A stretch of 64,000 nucleotides of DNA from assembly GCA_028711065.1 (NCBI GenBank), contig JAQTSY010000006.1, positions 213 to 64,212 on the forward strand. Reading direction: 5' to 3'. Source of the DNA: Minisyncoccota bacterium. GTDB taxonomy: Bacteria; Patescibacteriota; Minisyncoccia; Phycocordibacterales; JAQTLZ01. The notes under the pieces are model-generated. The model was not told where the DNA came from and did not search any database. It saw nothing but the letters and a program-made list of their open reading frames with translations. The position numbers were made by a program, and so were the translations under genes. The stretch's first letter is position 1, and each line of letters starts with the position of its first letter. This document shows positions 8,751-17,007 of this stretch, in pieces.

Positions 8751-10655
8751 TTAAAGAATGCTTTCCGGATTGATTTTCACAGAAAAATAGGCGGGGAGCC
8801 GAGAAAGTTTTTGCTTCAAATCCTCTTGCGGCCATTCGTTATGTGGAATTTTAAGGATTCCTTTCAGTGTATACGTGCCTCTTGCTTCTGGAATGAAAGC
8901 GGGAAAGACCTCAAGCTCGTATCCTTTTAAATATATTTCTTTTATCTTTTTCATTTCTGCTTCTACTTGCCCTTTTCCGCCGGAAAGGGAAATTTCGATG
9001 AGAACCGAAAAGGGCGGATAATTGAATTGTTCTCGTTCTGTAATTTCTGATTGATAAAAATCAAGAACATTTCCTTCCTGTGCGAGGGAGAGGATTTTTT
9101 CTTCGGGATTTCTCGTTTGTATGATGCATTGCCCATCGGTAAGCGAGCGCATTTTTGAGACGAGATGCATTATCTTCTCATTGATACGGAAATTTGGCAG
9201 AGCGAAGAGGGAATCGGGCGAAAGAATTGCTACCCCGTCGAGCTTGTCTTCCAGGGCGGAAAAAACGGCTTCTGTTCCAAGAAGCACCCCCCATTCTGAA
9301 TGAAGAAAGCGAGAAAGTATTTTTTTTACTTGTACTGATGTTTTTGCTTTTTCTTTGTCTATCACAAAGATGGATTCTTTAGGAATTTTTTCAGCGAGCT
9401 CTTCCTCTATCCGGTCAATGCCAATTCCCGACGGGTCAAGCCTCCAGCTCCCACAGGTGAGGCAAAGTTCATCTGCCGGACGGGTTCTTTTACATCTGTG
9501 GCACAAAAAGAAATTTGTTTTTTCATCTTTGCCTTTGTAAAAAGCGATAGGAGCGTGGCACGTAAGGCACAAAGCGAAATTTCTGCAATCTCGGCAGATG
9601 ATCGAGGACGCATATCCCTTTTTTGTCGAGTAAAGAAAAATATGTTTTTTATAAGTTTTGGCATTTTCTATCATCCCAAAGACGGCATCCCCCACTGTAT
9701 GAAATTTTTTATCCCCTTTCGATTCTTCCAATTTCATATTCACCAAAAGGGTCCGCTCATCTTTTCCCGATTTCCATTGGATTGGCTGGATTGCCGTATA
9801 TTCGCCTTTTTCTTTTTTCCACAATGTTTCGATCCGAAGAAGGGTGTCTCCGAGTACGAGCCGGGCTCCTAGTATTTTTGCGTACATTTCCGCGAAAACG
9901 CGGATATCGAGATAAGGTCTCCTTTGTGTTTTGAAAGTTCCCGAAGATTCCTCATCTATGATAATGGTGCCGATGTCGAAGCGCCGAAGCGAAAGACAGG
10001 CTCCCGTTCCGACGACAAGTATGGGGTGCGGCGTTTCAGCCGCTTCCTTCCAAACTCTTAAAAATTCTTTTTTTGAGAGGCTTCCGGAAACGAAAAAAGA
10101 ATGCATCTCTATTCCCCTCGAAAGATTTTTGAAATAGGTTTTCGCCTCCTCGATGGTGGGCAGACAGCAATACACCGAGCGGGATTTTGCGAATTCTTCT
10201 CGTATGATGCTTCGATACTGAAGAAGCCTCTCTTCTCTTCCTGTTTGAATAACTGAAGTGCGGACATTTCCTCGACTTTTTTCCTCTATCTGCTTTTCTC
10301 CCAGTTTTTCGATTTCTCCTATGCTTTCTAGTAATACTTTGGGAATAAGGGCCGATAGCACGCTTCCCGTCGTGGTTGCGTAATACTGTGCGCACACTTT
10401 CGCGCTTCGAAGATATTTTTCGCTGAAAAAAGAGGGGGAGAGGACGCGCTCTACTTTCCGCATTCCAAAAGGCAGAGATTTTATCTCCGATTTCATGATT
10501 CCGATATTTTGAGCTTCTGCCACCAGTCCGGGTATTTTTCTCGCACGGACAGAAATTTCTACAAGAGCGCCTTCCTTTACAGGAAGAGCGGTAAAGTACG
10601 ACAGGACTTCTTTTGAAATGCCTCTGCCGATAGGAATGACTTGAATGATTTTCAT
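8751..10655 (-). CDS. priA: Primosomal protein N' (PriA) homolog with degenerate ATPase motifs
   Basis: There is an N-terminal 3'-DNA-binding domain, an IIIDEES Walker-B-like box, and a Cys-rich zinc-binding insert (CRDCRNFALCLTCH...CHRCKRTRPADELCLTCGS). The position where GxGKT is expected reads QTGREER. Confidence 0.85.
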   Translation of the reverse strand: MKIIQVIPIGRGISKEVLSYFTALPVKEGALVEISVRARKIPGLVAEAQNIGIMKSEIKSLPFGMRKVERVLSPSFFSEKYLRSAKVCAQYYATTTGSVLSALIPKVLLESIGEIEKLGEKQIEEKSRGNVRTSVIQTGREERLLQYRSIIREEFAKSRSVYCCLPTIEEAKTYFKNLSRGIEMHSFFVSGSLSKKEFLRVWKEAAETPHPILVVGTGACLSLRRFDIGTIIIDEESSGTFKTQRRPYLDIRVFAEMYAKILGARLVLGDTLLRIETLWKKEKGEYTAIQPIQWKSGKDERTLLVNMKLEESKGDKKFHTVGDAVFGMIENAKTYKKHIFLYSTKKGYASSIICRDCRNFALCLTCHAPIAFYKGKDEKTNFFLCHRCKRTRPADELCLTCGSWRLDPSGIGIDRIEEELAEKIPKESIFVIDKEKAKTSVQVKKILSRFLHSEWGVLLGTEAVFSALEDKLDGVAILSPDSLFALPNFRINEKIMHLVSKMRSLTDGQCIIQTRNPEEKILSLAQEGNVLDFYQSEITEREQFNYPPFSVLIEISLSGGKGQVEAEMKKIKEIYLKGYELEVFPAFIPEARGTYTLKGILKIPHNEWPQEDLKQKLSRLPAYFSVKINPESIL

Positions 10656-10764
10656 CGCCTTGGATGTATCATCCCAGAGAACGGCTTTAGTTTCAACTTG
10701 CTAGTCGAAAATGTCCTGCGCCTTCAGCTGGACATCTTTCGACATGATTTTTGTGTGTCAAAAA

Positions 10765-12300
10765 TCAGAAACTCTGAAGTATGCTGATATTTGCTCCTAT
10801 TTTGTTGAGCCTATTTGCCAAGTCTTCATAACCGCGATTGATGCTGTATACATTTCGAAGAATGGATGTGCCTTCAGCCGCGAGCATTCCAATGAGAAGA
10901 ATTGCCGCTGGACGAAGCGCGGGAGGACAGATAACTTCAGCTGCTTTTAATTTTGTCGGACCGTTTATGTAACAACGATGAGGATCGGCAAGAATGGTGT
11001 CAGCTCCCAACTTGTCGAGGTCTTTATAATAGATTGCGCGTTTTTCATAGCTCCAGTCGTGGATGAACGTCTGGCCTTCGGCCTGTGTGGCAATGACAGC
11101 GAAGAAGGGAAGATTATCCATATTGATTCCCGGATATGGCTGGGCGTGGATTTTATCTTCGAGGGCTCGCAACTTGGACGGATATGTTTCAATGTCGGCA
11201 AGATTGGTTCTTTCGTTCTCTGCCTTGTATCGGCGAAGAATTTTATAACGAAAGCCCATCTTTTCCAGTTTCAAAAGTTCAAGCTCCAAAAAATCAATCG
11301 GACATCGCATAATTTGAATTTTTGATTTTGTGACGATTGCAGCGGAGAGAAGGAACATTGATTCAATAGGATCTTCGCTCACTGCGTAGATGATCGGCTT
11401 GTCTATAGATGCAACGCCGTGAACGACAAGCGTAGATGAGCCGATTCCGTCGATCTTTACTCCAAGCGCTTCGAGGAAGAAGCAGACGTCTTGGACTTGA
11501 TAGTTCGCGGAAGCAAATTTTATCGTCGTCTTGCCGGGAATTAAGCTTGCTGCCATGATCGCATTTTCTGTCACAGTATCTCCAGCTTCGTACAAAACAA
11601 TATTTCCCGGTTTTACTTTTTCAGTTTTAATCTCGTAATAGGTCGAGTGTGTGTCTATCTCCACTCCCATTTTTTCGAGAGCATAAAAATGAGGTTTGAC
11701 GGTTCGAGAGCCAAGACGGCATCCGCCTGGCTGGGGGAGACGGAATTTCTTGAAAAAGTGAACAAGGGGGCCGATGAGCATGATAACGCTTCGGGTCTTC
11801 ATTCCAGCTTCAGTATCGAGTTTTTTAATGTCGAATTTTGCAGGAGGTTTAATTTCAAGATCATTGCCGTCCCATTTAATTCCCACACCGATTGACTGAA
11901 GCACCTCGATCATTCTGTACGCCTCTTCGATCTTCGGCATATTGCGGAGAATTGTTTTATTTTTGTTGAGGAGCGATGCAGAAAGAAGTCCCATCGCCGA
12001 GTTTTTTGAGGATTTGGTTACTATGGAGCCTGAAAGCTTTCTTCCTCCTTCGATGCGCAGATTCAAGGAGCCCGTAGAAAGATTTATGATTTCTTTATTG
12101 AGAGCCTTTCCGATTTTTGAAAGAGTTTCAGTTGAGAGATTTTGTTCGCCATTTTCAATGCGGGCAATAGCGCTTTGGGTAGTGCCAAGCATTTTGCCAA
12201 GCTCTGACTGGGTGATTCCCCGGTCATCGCGAAGCCTCGCAATGAGGTTTCCTATCTGGACGAGCTTTTGGTCGCCTTCTGGTTCTTTAGTAATTGGCAT
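10765..12300 (-). CDS. murA: UDP-N-acetylglucosamine 1-carboxyvinyltransferase fused to an N-terminal XRE-family helix-turn-helix domain
   Basis: Residues ~16-70 (LIARLRDDRGITQSELGKMLGTTQSAIARIENGEQNLSTETLSKIGKAL) form an HTH_XRE domain. They are followed in frame by a complete MurA (RIEGGRKLSGSIVTKSSKNSAMGLL..., catalytic Cys in PQPGGCRLGSRTVKPH, about 430 aa). Confidence 0.85.
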   Translation of the reverse strand: MPITKEPEGDQKLVQIGNLIARLRDDRGITQSELGKMLGTTQSAIARIENGEQNLSTETLSKIGKALNKEIINLSTGSLNLRIEGGRKLSGSIVTKSSKNSAMGLLSASLLNKNKTILRNMPKIEEAYRMIEVLQSIGVGIKWDGNDLEIKPPAKFDIKKLDTEAGMKTRSVIMLIGPLVHFFKKFRLPQPGGCRLGSRTVKPHFYALEKMGVEIDTHSTYYEIKTEKVKPGNIVLYEAGDTVTENAIMAASLIPGKTTIKFASANYQVQDVCFFLEALGVKIDGIGSSTLVVHGVASIDKPIIYAVSEDPIESMFLLSAAIVTKSKIQIMRCPIDFLELELLKLEKMGFRYKILRRYKAENERTNLADIETYPSKLRALEDKIHAQPYPGINMDNLPFFAVIATQAEGQTFIHDWSYEKRAIYYKDLDKLGADTILADPHRCYINGPTKLKAAEVICPPALRPAAILLIGMLAAEGTSILRNVYSINRGYEDLANRLNKIGANISILQSF

Positions 12301-12356
12301 GATTATCTAACATACCATATACGCTATAATTTTACAATGTGTAAAACTTTGCCCAG

Positions 12357-12400
12357 GCACTCACTTTTAAAAACAAGCTGCGAAAAGTAAAAGTGAGTGC
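12357..12400. promoter_or_regulatory. 13-bp perfect inverted repeat in the murA/mreB divergent intergenic region (candidate operator)
   Basis: gcactcactttta (12357-12369) pairs with taaaagtgagtgc (12388-12400), separated by an 18-nt spacer. Confidence 0.5.
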
Positions 12401-12446
12401 ATGGGTAAATTTGTAAAATTTACTTGAAAAGCTTACTATAAGCCCC

Positions 12447-13457
12447 ATGGGATTTTTCGCTCCAAAACTTGGAATTGATTTGGGTACGGCTAATACCCTT
12501 GTTTTTGTACCCGGAAAAGGCGTCGTATTGAACGAGCCCTCTGTTGTCGCGGTTTCGGAGGACAATCGCATTCTCGCTGTCGGTCTTGAAGCAAAGCATA
12601 TGGTGGGAAGAACTCCTGATAGCATTACCGCATATCGTCCGATGAAAGACGGTGTTATTGCAGACTATAGAGTGACGGAGGCGATGCTTCGCTATTATAT
12701 GAAGAAGGCTCTCGGCAAATGGAATGTCTTTAAGCCTGAAGTAATGGTCTCTGTTCCTGCGGGAGTTACTTCCACCGAACGCCGAGCTGTCATTGAAGCT
12801 GCAATAAAAGCAGGGGCGAAAAATGTGTATGTGGTGAAGGAACCAATTCTCGCTGCAATCGGCGCCGGCATTCCAATTCACGAAGCTCGCGGGCACATGG
12901 TGGTTGATATTGGAGGAGGAACGACTGACGTTGCCGTCATATCTCTGGGAGGAATTGTTTCTTCAATTTCTGTAAAATGCGCCGGCAATAGAATTGATTC
13001 TGCAATTGCCGATTATATTAAAAAAACGTTCAATCTTTCGATTGGAGATAAGACCGCGGAGGATATTAAAATTCAGATCGGCTCGGCGGTGCCTCTTGAT
13101 GAAGAGCTTACTATGATGATAAAAGGGCGAGATTTTGTGACAGGACTTCCTCGTTCAGCAGAAATGAAGACCAATGAGATCGTGAAAGCGATTTCTCGCG
13201 AGCTTCGCGATATGGTGAAAGCAATGAAAGATGTGCTTCAGGAAACGCCCCCGGAGCTCGCCGCAGACATTATTGATACCGGAATAATTCTTACAGGAGG
13301 CTCTTCGCTTCTTCGCAACATTGCCGAACTTGTGTACCGTCGCACGGGAGTGAAAGCACATGTCGCCGAGGACGCGCTCTATTGTGTGGCGAAGGGAACT
13401 GGAATTGCGCTGGAACATCTTGAAACGTATAAAAAGAGTATCTTGGCGAAAAAGTAG
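12447..13457 (+). CDS. mreB: Rod shape-determining protein MreB paralog (actin-like ATPase)
   Basis: GIDLGTANTLVFVPGKGVVLNEPSVVAV... and DIGGGTTDVAVISLGGIV are MreB motifs. A -35 TTGTAA / -10 TACTAT pair ends 7 nt before the ATG, so the transcript is probably leaderless. Confidence 0.85.
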   Translation: MGFFAPKLGIDLGTANTLVFVPGKGVVLNEPSVVAVSEDNRILAVGLEAKHMVGRTPDSITAYRPMKDGVIADYRVTEAMLRYYMKKALGKWNVFKPEVMVSVPAGVTSTERRAVIEAAIKAGAKNVYVVKEPILAAIGAGIPIHEARGHMVVDIGGGTTDVAVISLGGIVSSISVKCAGNRIDSAIADYIKKTFNLSIGDKTAEDIKIQIGSAVPLDEELTMMIKGRDFVTGLPRSAEMKTNEIVKAISRELRDMVKAMKDVLQETPPELAADIIDTGIILTGGSSLLRNIAELVYRRTGVKAHVAEDALYCVAKGTGIALEHLETYKKSILAKK

Positions 13458-13703
13458 CTCCCCACGAACTTTTCGGAAAACAGAATAGTTTCCCCTGCGA
13501 GAAAACTTTCCTCGCGCTCAGCTCACGGCTGTCAATGAGCCCCGCTTCTTACAGAGCGGGGTCGTTGACAGACCATGCCCGTGGCTTCCGCGATGTTTCC
13601 CAAAAGTTGCGGGTCGCTTCTCGTTGCGATTGCTTTTTCATATTCTAAGTGGTACTTTGATTTTGGAGTTAAAAGAGAATTCACCCAAACAAAGGAGGCG
13701 CAC

Positions 13704-14216
13704 ATGCGCTTAATTCAAGAGGCACAGGCGGTCTTTCTAAAAGGAATGGCCACCAGCAGTTGGGCAACCGGAGCAAAGTCAATACCGATTGTGGAACTTC
13801 CGGGGTATAAGGCAGTGTCGTTTCGGGATGGAGATTTTCTCCTCGTCGACATGTGGGCACCGGGCGACAAACGCTTTCGATTCTCGGGTTCGACAACGAT
13901 CTCTTTCCAGGAGACCGTTATCTGGGCGATGCATTACCAGGGATTTTGCTCGCCACGCGCCTCGCCCATCTTGAGAAAGATTCTCCTCGATACATACAAA
14001 AAGGGAATTTTCTGGGGAGGTCGGGGCGAGCAGTGCATGTCAGTGGACGATAAGTGGAGGTACTACAACCTTCTGCGAGCGGTTTCGCAGCAGCACTCAT
14101 TCTTCCACTTCAGTGGCGAAGAAAATCTCCAATACTCGCCAGGATGCATTCAGGAAGAACCAGATGCTCGGGTTGAATACTTTGGGCAGATGGTTGCTCA
14201 TTTCGACCCAGCGTAG
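13704..14216 (+). CDS. Hypothetical protein in a GC-rich islet
   Basis: A strong RBS AAAGGAGG lies 5 nt before the ATG at 13704. GC is about 52%, against about 40% in the flanks, and an intrinsic terminator follows. No known domain recognised. Confidence 0.5.
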   Translation: MRLIQEAQAVFLKGMATSSWATGAKSIPIVELPGYKAVSFRDGDFLLVDMWAPGDKRFRFSGSTTISFQETVIWAMHYQGFCSPRASPILRKILLDTYKKGIFWGGRGEQCMSVDDKWRYYNLLRAVSQQHSFFHFSGEENLQYSPGCIQEEPDARVEYFGQMVAHFDPA

Positions 14217-14258
14217 TCAGTACAAGTCTTGGCAAGAACTGTTCTCATCATTGATAGA

Positions 14259-14285
14259 GCTCCGCGCGTTGCGGGGCTTTTTTTA
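14259..14285 (+). terminator. Rho-independent terminator
   Basis: Hairpin gctccgc-gcgtt-gcggggc followed by TTTTTTTA. Confidence 0.6.
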
Positions 14286-14316
14286 TTCCCAATTCTCTCT
14301 GTGCTAATATATTTGT

Positions 14317-15006
14317 ATGTTAAGAATTGATTCCAGAAAACTCCACCACGCGTATTGTATCGTGGGTGAGCGGGAGGAAATTACTTCTGAGCTCTTGGAA
14401 TTTTTCGAGAAGGAGTTGAAAGTGAAAACGGCTGGAAATCCCGATTTTTGGCGCGGCGAGTTTGATTCGCTCACAATTCAAGATGCTCGGCAGATTGCGG
14501 AAATTCAAAGCAAAAAGGCATACGGCGCTGGGAATAAGAAGATTTTTCTCGTCCTTGCGAATAAGATTACCCGCGAGGCTCAGAACGCCTTACTTAAGGT
14601 TCTCGAAGAACCAACTCTTGACACCCACTTTTTTCTACTGATTTCGAGTACTGAAGGACTTTTGTCAACTCTCAAATCCCGGCTTTTTATTATAAATACC
14701 AATGGCGAAAACAAGTGGGAGAAAGAGGCGAAAGAATTTCTTTCTAGCGCAAAGCCAAAACGGCTTGTTTCCGTGAAGAAGATGACGGATGAAATTTCTG
14801 ATGAAAAGAAAACAAAAGCCGATGCGATTTCTTTTTTAAATGCTGTTGAAGCAATTTTAAAAGAAAAAGTTGGAACGTTAAAATCAAAAGAAGAGGCGAG
14901 AAGCTTCGAAGAGCTTATTAAATTTCGCTCATACCTCGGCGATCAATCTCCGTCGGTCAAAATGATTCTTGAGCACTTGGCACTTATTTTGCCAGTGGTA
15001 AAATAG
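14317..15006 (+). CDS. holB: DNA polymerase III delta' subunit-like (HolB), AAA+ fold without P-loop
   Basis: HAYCIVGE sits where the P-loop would be and is degenerate, as in delta'. The NALLKVLEEP sensor motif is present. An extended -10 tgcTAATAT ends 6 nt upstream of the ATG. Confidence 0.65.
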   Translation: MLRIDSRKLHHAYCIVGEREEITSELLEFFEKELKVKTAGNPDFWRGEFDSLTIQDARQIAEIQSKKAYGAGNKKIFLVLANKITREAQNALLKVLEEPTLDTHFFLLISSTEGLLSTLKSRLFIINTNGENKWEKEAKEFLSSAKPKRLVSVKKMTDEISDEKKTKADAISFLNAVEAILKEKVGTLKSKEEARSFEELIKFRSYLGDQSPSVKMILEHLALILPVVK

Positions 15007-15012
15007 ACTGTC

Positions 15013-16365
15013 ATGAAAGATTCAATCTTCAAAGCGTACGATATTCGGGGCATCTATCCGACAGAGCTGAATGAAGAAATCATGTACGCGATTGGACAGG
15101 CTTTTGCAGAAATTGAAAAACCAAAGACGATTGTTGTGGGAAGAGATGTTCGGATAAGCGGGCCATCCATGCAAAAAGCTCTCATCCAGGGGCTCCTAGA
15201 TTCCGGAGTGGATGTTGTAGATATTGGTCTTATTTCAACGGAAGAAATTTATTTTGCAACCGCATATTATAAATATGATGCGGGAATTTCTGTTACTGCT
15301 TCTCACAATCCTCGCGAATATACCGGAATGAAAATGGTCCGAAAGGGCGCAGAACCGATTGCTGGAGAAGAGATCACGGTTTTGCTTAAGAATAAGACGA
15401 AAGAACTTCTTAGCAAGAAAGCCTCGGCAAAAAAGAAAGGAAAGCTAAGCACGAAAGAGGTGCACGAGGATTTCAGGAAATTCGTTCTCGGATTTATTGA
15501 TGTAAAGAAAATAAAGCCGTTTAAAGTTGTAGTGAATCCGAATTTTGGTTTTCAGGGAGAGCTCGTGAAGCTTGTTTGCCGAGACTTGCCCATTACTTGG
15601 AGTTTTTTGAACGGCGAACCCGATGGTAATTTCCCGAAAGGCAGGCCTGACCCGTTTCTCGAAGAAAATCGCACAGAATTCATTGAAAAAATAAAAAAAG
15701 AGAAACCGGATTTCGGTGTTACCTGGGATGCTGATGCTGACAGAGTATTTTTTGCTACAGGAAGCGGGCTTTTCCTTGAGGCATATTACACAAACGTACT
15801 TCTTGTAGAAGAAATGCTCCATAAAAATCCAAAAGCGAAGATCGTCTATGATCCGCGTTATGTATGGGCGCTTCTCGATATGATAAAAGAATCCGGTGGT
15901 ACTCCGGTCCGATGCCGTGTCGGGCACAGCTTCATAAAAAAGGCGATGCGGGAATCAAACGCTATTTTTTCCGGAGAATCAAGCGGGCACACCTATTTTA
16001 GGGATTTCTTTTTTGCAGACTCGGGAATTATTCCCTTTCTTCTTATGCTCGAATTTCTTTCACAAGATGGAAAAAGTTTGGAAGAATGCATTATGCCGAT
16101 CATTTCAAAATATCCGATCTCTGGGGAGATCAATTTGACCCTCAAAGATGCCAAAAACGCTCTTTCTGTTGTACGAAGAAGCTATGCGGACAAAGGAAAA
16201 GTGGAAGAATTTGATAATGTGATCGTCGAGAAAAAAGGGGAATGGCGCTTCAATATTCGAATGTCTAATACCGAACCCTTGCTTCGAATCAATATTGAGG
16301 CTAAAAATAAGGCTATTGTGGAAGAAAAGCGCTCTGAACTTCTCGCCCTTCTCAAAGATCTCTAG
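15013..16365 (+). CDS. Phosphoglucomutase/phosphomannomutase (alpha-D-phosphohexomutase family)
   Basis: The active-site loop SVTASHNPREYTGMK, the Mg-binding motif DADADR and the sugar-binding GESSGH motif are all present. Confidence 0.8.
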   Translation: MKDSIFKAYDIRGIYPTELNEEIMYAIGQAFAEIEKPKTIVVGRDVRISGPSMQKALIQGLLDSGVDVVDIGLISTEEIYFATAYYKYDAGISVTASHNPREYTGMKMVRKGAEPIAGEEITVLLKNKTKELLSKKASAKKKGKLSTKEVHEDFRKFVLGFIDVKKIKPFKVVVNPNFGFQGELVKLVCRDLPITWSFLNGEPDGNFPKGRPDPFLEENRTEFIEKIKKEKPDFGVTWDADADRVFFATGSGLFLEAYYTNVLLVEEMLHKNPKAKIVYDPRYVWALLDMIKESGGTPVRCRVGHSFIKKAMRESNAIFSGESSGHTYFRDFFFADSGIIPFLLMLEFLSQDGKSLEECIMPIISKYPISGEINLTLKDAKNALSVVRRSYADKGKVEEFDNVIVEKKGEWRFNIRMSNTEPLLRINIEAKNKAIVEEKRSELLALLKDL

Positions 16366-16492
16366 GGGGATAACTGGGGATTTCTTTTCTGTTTCGCATT
16401 TTTCAAGATGCTATAATAAAGGTATAAAAGTCGAACTATTAAAAACCTAATTCTGAGTTTGTTAAGAATCTAATCTTTATAAAATTTTAAGA

Positions 16493-16729
16493 TTGTTAAC
16501 AGATTCTAAAAAAATGAAAGGTTTACACAAAATTTCATTTATCTTGCTCATCATTGGAGGTTTGAATTGGCTTGTTATCGGTCTTCTTTCGACTGATTAT
16601 GTCATGCAAATTCTCGGTGGTTCAATTGCTCGAATTATCTACATTCTCGTAGGTCTTTCTGCAGTTGTCGAGATCATAAATCACAAGAGTCTCTGCAAGA
16701 ACTGTGATAAGGGGATGAGCCAGATGTAA
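16493..16729 (+). CDS. DUF378 family small membrane protein
   Basis: The protein has two TM helices and the GGLNWLVIGLL motif typical of DUF378. Confidence 0.6.
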   Translation: MLTDSKKMKGLHKISFILLIIGGLNWLVIGLLSTDYVMQILGGSIARIIYILVGLSAVVEIINHKSLCKNCDKGMSQM

Positions 16730-16749
16730 TCTGGTTTTTTCGTTCGAAA

Positions 16750-16789
16750 AAGGAAAATCCCCCGGATTCAGCCGGGGTTTTCCTTTTTC
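16750..16789 (+). terminator. Rho-independent terminator
   Basis: Hairpin ggaaaatcccccgg-attcag-ccggggttttcc followed by TTTTTCT. Confidence 0.7.
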
Positions 16790-16833
16790 TGTGCATTTCG
16801 AAAATATCCCTTTTATGATAGAATTACTGGTCT

Positions 16834-17007
16834 ATGGCAGAGATCATTGCAGATTTTCATATTAAATCGAGCGAAATACTCCTTCTTTTGGCGGGGGTGT
16901 CGCTTCTTATTAGTTTGCCGTACTTAGCAGAGGGGAGTAGCACCTTTTGGACTCTCGCCAGAATCCTCTACGGAATGGGAGTAGTCCTTTTCTTTGTTGA
17001 TCGATAA
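16834..17007 (+). CDS. Possible small two-TM membrane protein (57 aa), absent from the ORF track because it is under 60 aa
   Basis: It translates to MAEIIADFHIKSSEILLLLAGVSLLISLPYLAEGSSTFWTLARILYGMGVVLFFVDR. There is no obvious RBS, and it overlaps the start of the next membrane-protein gene. Confidence 0.25.
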   Translation: MAEIIADFHIKSSEILLLLAGVSLLISLPYLAEGSSTFWTLARILYGMGVVLFFVDR

